From an uncultured Methanobacteriaceae archaeon (GTDB taxonomy: Archaea > Methanobacteriota > Methanobacteria > Methanobacteriales > Methanobacteriaceae): a DNA stretch of 32,000 nt. The notes below the pieces were generated by a model, which was given only the letters and a program-made list of their open reading frames with translations, ran no database searches and was not told the origin of the DNA. How positions within the stretch are numbered: the first letter of the stretch is position 1; the number at the start of each line of letters is the position of its first letter. This document shows, one piece after another, positions 20,208 through 28,718 of the stretch. Made by a program: the position numbers and the translations under genes. The stretch lies in contig CAVXVI010000001.1 in assembly GCA_963765255.1 (NCBI GenBank), positions 733,983-765,982 on the forward strand, written 5' to 3'.

Positions 20208-21281
20208 TTAGAATACTCTGTAACCATACAATGTAGCTAAACAAACTAGTAAGGTTGCTCCCCAATAAATTATAATAATTTTCTTCTCAGATAATCCCTT
20301 ATAGTTAAGGGTATGATGAAGGGGTTCTACTGGCAATTTAATAATATGTGCCCTATGAAGAAGGCTAACAATTACTGAAATTATTGGTACAGCAAGTGCT
20401 AAAACCGCAAATAATATTATATCTCCTAAAAATGCAGCAGTAATATATCCTGCTCCGAGGGCAAAAGATCCAGTATCTCCCATAAATATGCTTGCAGGAT
20501 ATTTATTATACACTAGAAAACCAAAACAGGCACCAGCAATTACAATAAAAGGTAATGATCCGTTTGGATTTCCTGTTGATATCACAAATATTGCCGAAGC
20601 AATTGAAGCTATAGCAATTATTCCCGCTGCAAGACCATCCATTCCATCGATAAGATTAACTGAATTTATTGATCCTACAATACCAAATATTATAATTGGG
20701 ATTATGAGTAGTCCTATATTAAATCCTAGTATGGAAGCACCAACAGCTCCTGAAGCTATAAGAAATAAAGAAACTAGTATCTGTGCGGAAATCTTTTCGT
20801 TTTCTTTTATTTCACTTTTTATTGGTGCTTCACCAGTTATCTCGACTAAATTATTTTTTAAGAGATATTCTAAGTCTTTTTTAGCTTTAGGTGTTGTTAC
20901 TCTAGCATTTTCACCAGTTTTAAGAGTTAATCTACCAATTTCTACTTCTTTTGGACTTATATTCCTTATAACTTTTTGAATTTCCTTTGTTTTGAGTCCT
21001 ATAAGATCATCCATCAATCCAACGATTCCAGCGACCATCATGATAATTACTGTTAAAACAAGGTTTTTATCAGCGTAAAAAATACATGCAAGTAGAAGAA
21101 CTCCCATTAATATGGCAAGTCCTCCCATGGTAGGTGTTCCTGCTTTATGACTATGTTCTGTGACTATTGGATTATCTTTAACATCTGCATATTTCAACAT
21201 CTTCTTGACAAAAAGTGTGAAAAATGCTGTAGCTATGAATGTGAGTAAGAATATGAAAACTTCAACTTGAATATTGCTCAA
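20208..21281 (-). CDS. MraY/WecA-like glycosyl-1-phosphate transferase (glycosyltransferase family 4)
   Basis: 357 aa, multi-pass; KAGTPTMGG, GLMDD, NLIDGMDGLAAG, FMGDTGSFALG, PLHHTLNYKG. Confidence 0.92.
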   Translation of the reverse strand: MSNIQVEVFIFLLTFIATAFFTLFVKKMLKYADVKDNPIVTEHSHKAGTPTMGGLAILMGVLLLACIFYADKNLVLTVIIMMVAGIVGLMDDLIGLKTKEIQKVIRNISPKEVEIGRLTLKTGENARVTTPKAKKDLEYLLKNNLVEITGEAPIKSEIKENEKISAQILVSLFLIASGAVGASILGFNIGLLIIPIIIFGIVGSINSVNLIDGMDGLAAGIIAIASIASAIFVISTGNPNGSLPFIVIAGACFGFLVYNKYPASIFMGDTGSFALGAGYITAAFLGDIILFAVLALAVPIISVIVSLLHRAHIIKLPVEPLHHTLNYKGLSEKKIIIIYWGATLLVCLATLYGYRVF

Positions 21282-21428
21282 AATATCACCTTTAAATTGT
21301 TTTATAAGAATGGAATCATTTTGAAATATAAATGCAGTTAACTATTTATATATACCATTTCTTATGTATCCTTTTATTATACAGGTTCCCTTTAATTTTA
21401 TTCTAATGTATAATCTTATCTTCAAGTT

Positions 21429-22565
21429 CTATTTTAAAATTTTTAGATCTTTAGATATTTTAATGGCTTTTGCCATTGTTTCACCGCGTATTGTTATACG
21501 TTCATAATTTTTAGGTCCATGAATGATCCAAGAATTTTTATTGGGAAATTCCCTGAATTTATGATTGTTTTTATTTGAAGGATAACTACCGACTGGTATC
21601 TCTATTGCAGAATAATGTTTAATTTTATCTTTGAGTTTTGAAGCATCCCAGTACCCTGTTGCCATATCAATTAGTTCATGCATTATATTTACACCCGTTG
21701 CGGCATTTGTGATATATCTTGTACCGCTGGGTCTGGCATTTATTTCTATAACATTATTTTCTTGTGTTTTAGTGTTAAATATAATATCAATATCTGCTGT
21801 ACCCTCTAATCCTATTTTATTTGCAATGTCTATAGCAATTTTTTGAATTTTGCGATTATTTTCTTTGTTATTAATGTCCTTTATTTCTAATGGGGCTTTT
21901 TTAATCTTTTCCAATGGATGGATACATTCTAATGTAGTTTTTCCTTTATAAACAGGAACTAATGGCACTGTTTTCCCATTCCATCTTAAGACTTCTATGG
22001 AAATTTCAGAACCAGCAATAAATTTTTCAGCTACACCATTTTCAAATAAAGGGAAATATCTATCTGAATCGTTTATGGAAGATACTATCTTTATTCCGGA
22101 TCCACCTTGTCCTTCTATTTTTTTTAAAACCATTGGTTCATTGTTTTTTATTTTTTGTTGAACCATTTTATAATCATTCTTTGTTATTTTAAAATATTCC
22201 GGAGTTTTAATATTATTTTTTACAAAAAATTCTTTGGTTTTAAATTTGTCTACACATGTTTTAGCTGCAAAAACAGGAGATGCTACTACAGGGATTCCAT
22301 AATCCTCTTCTAACTTCTTTTTCATAATAGCTACTTCAACAAGAGGTCCATCAATCCCTATTAATGGAACAACTCCATCTACTTCTTCTTGAATGGCAAT
22401 TTTCATTGGTTCATCCATTCCTCTTGAAACAATATAATTAGAATCAGCTAGTTTCAAGTTGGGAGATTGGGCATTTGATTCGGATATAATGCTCGTTATA
22501 GAATTTTTTTTGGTGTAGAGTGCTACATCATCAAATAGACGAGCCCCTATAAACAAGATTTTCAT
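21429..22565 (-). CDS. ATP-grasp domain protein (carbamoyl-phosphate-synthase-like), in the cell-wall gene cluster
   Basis: 378 aa; VLKKIEGQGGSGIKIV, EKFIAGSEISIEVL, ADIDIIFN...VIEINARPSGTRY. Confidence 0.88.
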   Translation of the reverse strand: MKILFIGARLFDDVALYTKKNSITSIISESNAQSPNLKLADSNYIVSRGMDEPMKIAIQEEVDGVVPLIGIDGPLVEVAIMKKKLEEDYGIPVVASPVFAAKTCVDKFKTKEFFVKNNIKTPEYFKITKNDYKMVQQKIKNNEPMVLKKIEGQGGSGIKIVSSINDSDRYFPLFENGVAEKFIAGSEISIEVLRWNGKTVPLVPVYKGKTTLECIHPLEKIKKAPLEIKDINNKENNRKIQKIAIDIANKIGLEGTADIDIIFNTKTQENNVIEINARPSGTRYITNAATGVNIMHELIDMATGYWDASKLKDKIKHYSAIEIPVGSYPSNKNNHKFREFPNKNSWIIHGPKNYERITIRGETMAKAIKISKDLKILK

Positions 22566-22718
22566 TTTATCACGATTAGCTTTAATATATTTTGACTAGA
22601 AAATTTTTAAGTAATTATTAATATGAATATTTTTTTTATTAATATAAATCCAATTTTTTAATGCTTTATCTTTTCTAAAAGTCATAGTTAAAGGTGTAAG
22701 ATTTCCTATATAATAATA

Positions 22719-23219
22719 TCAATCTAATGATGAAGTTTGTACATCGAACGAATACTTAATAATTTTAGTTAATTTTTCCACACCAATGTTGGCTTCCTTT
22801 GAAATTTGATTGGACAATTCCATATTTTTTGGTTGAATCCCAATCAGCAATATTTTGACATTTATAAATGATTCTAAATATTTGATCATGAATGATAATG
22901 GCATGGCATGAGTTGAAATGTTGTAATCTGCTATTTCCTCACATCTAATCAGTTTTATTGAACCCGGATTCTTTTTCATTTCAACAGCATCTATAAAAAT
23001 TATGTGGGATGGTTGTTCTTTTTTTATAATACCTGTATAGTTTTCTGGGACTGTTCCAGCATTTATAACTACAAACCCTTCTTGATTTCTGAATAATTTT
23101 ACCAGATTTTTAGCTATTAATGGTCCTACTGCATCATCTCCACGCATATCATTACCAATACATAAAAAAATGAGCTTACTACAGTCCTCTGTGAATATTC
23201 TCAATTCTTGCTCTAACAC
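22719..23219 (-). CDS. hycI: Hydrogenase maturation endopeptidase (HycI/HyaD family)
   Basis: 166 aa; FLCIGNDMRGDDAVGPLIA, NAGTVPENYTG, IIFIDAVEM, STHAMPLSFMIKYLE, LLIGIQPKNMEL. GTG start. Confidence 0.85.
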   Translation of the reverse strand: MLEQELRIFTEDCSKLIFLCIGNDMRGDDAVGPLIAKNLVKLFRNQEGFVVINAGTVPENYTGIIKKEQPSHIIFIDAVEMKKNPGSIKLIRCEEIADYNISTHAMPLSFMIKYLESFINVKILLIGIQPKNMELSNQISKEANIGVEKLTKIIKYSFDVQTSSLD

Positions 23220-23949
23220 TCTCTAATCCCCCACCCATCTTATAATATAAGTTTAATTGTATGATATCGTTGGAATAAACTTTTGTTTTTTCAATAGGAA
23301 TTATTAAAGGAGGATTTAGCATAGGTGTTGGGCCACAGATAATATCCTCAGTTATTAAAGTAAATGTAGTGATTTTTACACCAGAAACAATCCCGGATAT
23401 TTTTATTTTGAGAGCTATTGATTCATTAAATATAGGGGGTGTATAATACATAAAATTTATTCTACTGTAGAAGTTAGGGTTTCCTAAAACCCTGTTTTTT
23501 GGATGTCCATCCTCTTCATAACATATATCTTCAATATCAACTCGAACAGGTTCTATACAATTTAAAATTCCGAAAGGGATAATTTCCCCATTGTCTCTCA
23601 AATATTTCCTTACAGAATTTAATACTGGAACTTGTTCTTCATCTATAAGTGCGGTATCCAACATTTCACAGATGATAACATCTGCTTTTTTTGAAAATGA
23701 AAATTTAGTTGCATCTGCATTGATAACTTCGACATTATCAAGATCTTTGAGATTCGATCGTGTGCATTCTGCAAGGGGTTTATTAATTTCAACTGCATAA
23801 ACAAAATCTGAATGTGGAGCTGCCCATGCTGAAAGAATTCCTGAACCTGCTCCTAAATCATAAACAGTTCCTTTAGCTTTTTTCAATATGGCTTCATAAA
23901 ATCCTGCTAATCGTGCAGTGTCTGATATGAGGTTATGGTGATAGGACGT
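23179..23949 (-). CDS. SAM-dependent methyltransferase; reading frame extended upstream to a putative ACG start
   Basis: Core VYDLGAGSGILSAWAA...VEVINADATKFSF..DVIICEMLDTALIDEEQVPVL. In-frame upstream codons give (T)SYHHNLISDTARLAGFYEAIL; the track start (TTG 23886) is internal. AAGGTG Shine-Dalgarno 7 nt upstream of ACG 23949-23947. Confidence 0.72.
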   Translation of the reverse strand, partial: TSYHHNLISDTARLAGFYEAILKKAKGTVYDLGAGSGILSAWAAPHSDFVYAVEINKPLAECTRSNLKDLDNVEVINADATKFSFSKKADVIICEMLDTALIDEEQVPVLNSVRKYLRDNGEIIPFGILNCIEPVRVDIEDICYEEDGHPKNRVLGNPNFYSRINFMYYTPPIFNESIALKIKISGIVSGVKITTFTLITEDIICGPTPMLNPPLIIPIEKTKVYSNDIIQLNLYYKMGGGLESVRARIENIHRGL

Positions 23950-24000
23950 AAATTAACACCTTCGTAAAATTAATCCTGTAAACTCGTAAATTATGAATAA

Positions 24001-24025
24001 ATTAATAATATTTAATATTATTAAT
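24001..24025. repeat. Perfect AT-only inverted repeat (12 bp arms, 1 nt centre)
   Basis: ATTAATAATATT-T-AATATTATTAAT between nikR and the methyltransferase gene. Confidence 0.6.
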
Positions 24026-24076
24026 GAATTCTACTGTAATATATCCTACTACCATGTAGATTGGAATTTGTGAAAT

Positions 24077-24487
24077 TTATTCTATTTTTTCGCCGCTTGC
24101 AGTACTTGTTAGTTTTACGTGCTCGACGCCTTTCAATCTCATAATCTTCTCAGTTAGGTCACGTATGTATTTAACGTCTCCCTTAACAACCACAACTTCT
24201 AAACAATATTTCTCAGTCATGTGAACATGCATTACAGCGTTGATATAATCTCTGTAGTCGTGCTGAATATCTGTTAAATCTTCCATAACACCAGTGTAAT
24301 GATGGTCATATATTACTGCAAGTATCCCTATTCTCTCGCCTTCCATCTCATTCATCCACTGATAACGGACTATATAATCTTTTAATGCGTCTCTAATTCC
24401 CTTAGACCGTGATTGGTATCCTCTATCTTTAAGAACTTCGTCAAATTCACTTAATAATTTTTTAGGTAATGACATGCTTATTCTCAT
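24077..24487 (-). CDS. nikR: Nickel-responsive transcriptional regulator NikR (start revised from 24535)
   Basis: ATG 24487 with GGGAGGGA Shine-Dalgarno; MRISMSLPKKLLSEFDEVLKDRGYQSRSKGIRDALKDYI ribbon-helix-helix and ACT-like C-terminus with HHYTGVM..HVHMTEKYCLEVVVVKG. Confidence 0.93.
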   Translation of the reverse strand: MRISMSLPKKLLSEFDEVLKDRGYQSRSKGIRDALKDYIVRYQWMNEMEGERIGILAVIYDHHYTGVMEDLTDIQHDYRDYINAVMHVHMTEKYCLEVVVVKGDVKYIRDLTEKIMRLKGVEHVKLTSTASGEKIE

Positions 24488-24893
24488 CACAATATTCCCT
24501 CCCAATTTATAATACCATAATACTAAATTTGGCACTATTTAAAGCTTGTCCTAAATTTACAATGTTGGTTTTATTGCAAACATATCCCTAAATATTTCAA
24601 ATTTTGTATAGAAATAATTCACATTCATCTTATATAAAATTAATACTTAATACTTTTATCTCATATCCTCACTTTTATTAATACTATGCGAAATATCAAT
24701 AATAATTGAAATTTGCGATTTATTTTGATCATTGTTCATTAAATTGAAAGCTAGAAACAATATGTTATAGTAAGTTTCCACCCAAAATTTGCACATGAAC
24801 TAAAGCACTAACAAAATAATTATTAATCATGTCCAACAATATCCCTATATAATGATTTCAAGTAATATGTAGTTAAATATCCGGAGGGATAAG

Positions 24894-25295
24894 ATGGAAG
24901 TTAAAGAAGCCATGAATCAGGGTGTCATAACTGTTAACCCGGAAATTAAGCCATTAGAAGCATTTGAAAAAATGTATAAAGAAGGTGTCCGTAGATTATT
25001 TGTTATAGATACTGAAGGGAAGCCTAAAGGCGTTATATCCTACTCGGATCTAATAGGAGTTCTTGGAAGTCTGCGGCCAACAAACAATAATATTGCTGTT
25101 TTGAAAATATCAGATATTATGACTGAAGATGTAATAACTATAGATTCTAATAATGGGATCGAAGATGCTGCAAATCTTATGGTTAGAGCTGATGTATCAG
25201 GGCTTCTGGTTTTAGAAAATAATAAACCCGTAGGTGTAATTACTAAAACAGATATATGTAGGATGGTCGCTGCAGAAATGTTGGTACCAGCTTAA
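24894..25295 (+). CDS. Two-CBS-domain protein
   Basis: 133 aa; MNQGVITVNPEIKPLEAFEKMYKEGVRRLFVID..GVISYSDL and a second MTEDVITIDSNNGIEDAANLM..GVITKTDI; GGAGGG Shine-Dalgarno. Confidence 0.93.
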   Translation: MEVKEAMNQGVITVNPEIKPLEAFEKMYKEGVRRLFVIDTEGKPKGVISYSDLIGVLGSLRPTNNNIAVLKISDIMTEDVITIDSNNGIEDAANLMVRADVSGLLVLENNKPVGVITKTDICRMVAAEMLVPA

Positions 25296-25532
25296 AATCT
25301 TAATCAAAATTTATTTAAAAAGAAATTCCTTTTTCTTCAGTATTATTTAATTCTAATTATAAAATTTTAAATTTAAATAAGTAAATGAAAGTTTGCTATT
25401 AAATTATTATATTTATAAAATTTTTTTTCAAAGATTTTAATTAAGAATATTATAATAGAATAAAAATTAGATAAAATTACAAAAACCGTTATAATGCTTT
25501 AAATACATTTTAATAGATAAAATAAATAAAAT

Positions 25533-25684
<152 letters not shown>

Positions 25685-25725
25685 ATACATTGTTTTTGAC
25701 AACATACCATGGTTTTGGTTTTATG

Positions 25726-25740
25726 GTATATAAGTTTTTA
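25726..25740 (-). promoter_or_regulatory. Likely BRE/TATA promoter of the tRNA-Gly pair
   Basis: Minus strand TAAAAACTTATATACC, about 42 nt upstream of the first mature tRNA nucleotide; resembles methanogen stable-RNA promoters. Confidence 0.6.
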
Positions 25741-25972
25741 GGTTCAGTTACTTTTGAAGATTGCAGTTTTTCTGATATTTTCATGAGAAATTAACTAATT
25801 AATTGATATGAAATCATATAATTGATTGTAAAATTTGAGCAGCGATTACTAATAATTATATATGGGAGCTTATTCAAACAGTGAAAAGTTCAGATAATTC
25901 TATAAAAGTCATCTTAAATCTTAAAAAAATATGAAAAAATAAATTTTACAAATATAAACTGGTGTAAAAAAT

Positions 25973-26623
25973 ATGTACATAGTAATAATGGGTGGTGGAA
26001 GAGTAGGGTTAAGATTGGCTATCTCTTTGGTAGCAGTAGGTCTTGATGTTACTCTCATTGAAAATGATTCAGATTTATGTGGTAATGCGGCAAGTGAACT
26101 TGATGCAATGGTAATCTGTGGAAACGGTACAGATATAAAAACTCTTTCAGAAGCAAATATAGCCGATGCAGATGTTTTTGTTGCAGCCACTGGAAATGAT
26201 GAGGCAAATTTACTTTCTTGTATATTGGTTAAGGATTATAAAATTCCTAAGGTAATTGCAAGGGTTAGCAATCCGGATCATGATGAAGCATTCCGTAAAG
26301 TTGGAATAGACATCGTTGTAAGTCCAGAACTTACAGCTGCCGGTTATTTAGAAAAATTGATAACTCGACCTAAAATTGCTGATCTTATCGTAATTGGAAA
26401 GGGCAATGCAGAACTCCTTGAACTTACTGTAAATAATTCTAAAATATTTGGGAAAAAAATAGGAGATCTCAGCCCAACAGAGGATTATATCATAGCTGCT
26501 GTACACAAAAATGGTGAAATAAAAATTCCAAAAGATGGTATGATGCTTAAAAAAGGGAATAGGATATCTATACTTGTAAAAACCCCAGCTATTAAGGCTG
26601 TCACCAAAAAATTCACTGAGTAA
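25973..26623 (+). CDS. trkA: TrkA/KtrA-type NAD-binding potassium channel/transporter regulatory protein
   Basis: 216 aa; [53 protein letters not shown]-terminal RCK_C-like domain. Confidence 0.93.
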   Translation: MYIVIMGGGRVGLRLAISLVAVGLDVTLIENDSDLCGNAASELDAMVICGNGTDIKTLSEANIADADVFVAATGNDEANLLSCILVKDYKIPKVIARVSNPDHDEAFRKVGIDIVVSPELTAAGYLEKLITRPKIADLIVIGKGNAELLELTVNNSKIFGKKIGDLSPTEDYIIAAVHKNGEIKIPKDGMMLKKGNRISILVKTPAIKAVTKKFTE

Positions 26624-26635
26624 ACTTCTAATAAA

Positions 26636-28165
26636 TCATTTTTTGCCTAATTTTTCTTCTATAATTTTCATATCAACATTTTCACTAACTATTTCAGCCA
26701 ACCTGTCAATTGAAAACTTTTTCATTTCCTCAAAATCATCATTAACATATCCGAGTTTTTCTAAACCCTTCATATCTCTTATATAATCGGTGAAGAATCT
26801 TCGGAAACGAAAGTTGTGGAATATTCCATGTAAATAAGTTCCAGATGTCAAATTATTAACAGCACCATCAAAACATGACTCGGTATTATTACCACACCCA
26901 ACAATCATATCAAGTAATGGTTCAGAGTCCCCAAGGAATGTTAATCCTTCATGAAGTTCATAACCTGTAACTCTTTCTCCTTTTAAACCTTCAAATATCC
27001 CTTTACCTGTTATTTTACCATGACTTTGTGTTACTATTTTATCATTTTTATTAAATTTAGTCTGGATATCAAGCAGTCCTAAACCTTCAACACTACCGTG
27101 CTTAGATTCTTGAAAGTTTTCGTCTATTATTCTTGTTCCCATCAACTGGTATCCACCACATATTCCGAAAATTGGTATCGTTGTTGACAATAGTTTAATC
27201 TCATCTGCGAGTCCTGATTCATTAAGAGCTATCATATCACTTACACTGTTTCTTGTGCCGGGGATTATAATAGCATCTACATCACCTATTTCGTCTGACA
27301 TTTCAATTAATTTAATAGAGACATCTGGTTCGTATTCTAAAGGATCTATATCGGTGAAATTGGATATCTTGGGAAGTCTTATTACTCCAATTTTGATTCT
27401 ACCTTCCTGACTATACTTATGCTCGGTTAATGATGCAGAATCTTCTTCTGGTAGTTTAAGACTGTCATCATAGGGTAATACACCTAAAACTGGTACCCCT
27501 ACAATATCTTCGATTTGTTTTATCCCTGGTTTAAGTATATCTAGATTTCCACGGAACTTATTAATTATGATACCTTTAATTCGTTTTCTGTCTAATTCTG
27601 GTAGAAGAGAGAATGTGCCAGCAATTGATGCAAAAACACCTCCACGGTCAATATCAGCAACCAAGATAACATCTGCATCTGCCATTCGTGCAATCCGCAT
27701 ATTTGCCAAGTCTTTATCTAACATGTTTATTTCTGCAGGAGAACCAGCTCCCTCTATAAAAATAATATCATAATCACTTTTTAATGCTTCAAGTGAACTT
27801 TCAATAGCTTTAAGAGCTTCTTGTCTGAAGTTATTTTGATAATGATAGAAATTCATATCGCCTGCAGGCTTTCCATGGACGATCACTTGGGATATAAAAT
27901 CTTCTTTAGGTTTAAGAAGAATAGGATTCATATTATACGAAGGTTCTACTCCTGCTGCTTCAGCTTGAAGAACTTGTGCCATCGCGATCTCAGCATTTTC
28001 ATTAGTGGTGTACGAGTTAAGGGACATGTTTTGGGATTTAAATGGTGCAACTCTATAACCTCTATTTGCGAATATTCTACATAATGCTGCTACTACAACA
28101 CTTTTACCTGCATTTGAAGATGTTCCTTGTATCATAATGCATAATTTTTTGTTTTCAAGATGCAA
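26636..28165 (-). CDS. cobQ: Cobyric acid synthase
   Basis: 509 aa; IQGTSSNAGKSVVVAALCRI, PFKSQNMSLNSYTT, VLVADIDRGGVFASIAGT, GICGGYQLMG, GYELHEG, SGTYLHGIFHN. Confidence 0.96.
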   Translation of the reverse strand: MHLENKKLCIMIQGTSSNAGKSVVVAALCRIFANRGYRVAPFKSQNMSLNSYTTNENAEIAMAQVLQAEAAGVEPSYNMNPILLKPKEDFISQVIVHGKPAGDMNFYHYQNNFRQEALKAIESSLEALKSDYDIIFIEGAGSPAEINMLDKDLANMRIARMADADVILVADIDRGGVFASIAGTFSLLPELDRKRIKGIIINKFRGNLDILKPGIKQIEDIVGVPVLGVLPYDDSLKLPEEDSASLTEHKYSQEGRIKIGVIRLPKISNFTDIDPLEYEPDVSIKLIEMSDEIGDVDAIIIPGTRNSVSDMIALNESGLADEIKLLSTTIPIFGICGGYQLMGTRIIDENFQESKHGSVEGLGLLDIQTKFNKNDKIVTQSHGKITGKGIFEGLKGERVTGYELHEGLTFLGDSEPLLDMIVGCGNNTESCFDGAVNNLTSGTYLHGIFHNFRFRRFFTDYIRDMKGLEKLGYVNDDFEEMKKFSIDRLAEIVSENVDMKIIEEKLGKK

Positions 28166-28718
28166 ATTTGGCCTCCAATATTATAATCTCGTGAATATTT
28201 GTTTTATTAGCTATTATCCTATCTATCCGTTATGATAATTTCAAAATATAATAATTCTTCTATAGGTGATTCTATTTTGGATATGATATTATATGTTATA
28301 TGAAAAGTTGAAATTTATTTATATCATTAGGTCATAACCATACAAAAAGTTGAATTTAATTTAAAGAGTGTTACAATTTTATATTAGAAAATTTATTAGA
28401 ATAAGGAGTATTATTAGATAATATGGACTATATGTTCAAATATATCGGTTTTAACCACTTACAAATAATTTAACAATTTTAACACCAACCAATGCTTTTA
28501 TATACCTTAAGTTACTAAAATAAAAAAAAATACTCGTAGATAAAACAACTGCAATTAACAAAAATCTAAAATAAGTATAAATTATATGTTGATCAATACT
28601 GAAAATTCAAAAGACAAATAACCTAATATACAAGATCATATAATATAATATCAACAGTATAGCAAAATAAACACGTTGATTTTTGTATATTGCAAAATTC
28701 AGGAGGCTGTCATTGATT

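Noticed and set aside
20185-20265. N-terminal 27-codon extension of the third Mur ligase in the track
   Set aside because: Overlaps the end of the upstream MraY-like gene and precedes a better ATG (20184) with a Shine-Dalgarno-like AAGGGAT; the true protein start matches MurE/F-type N-termini.
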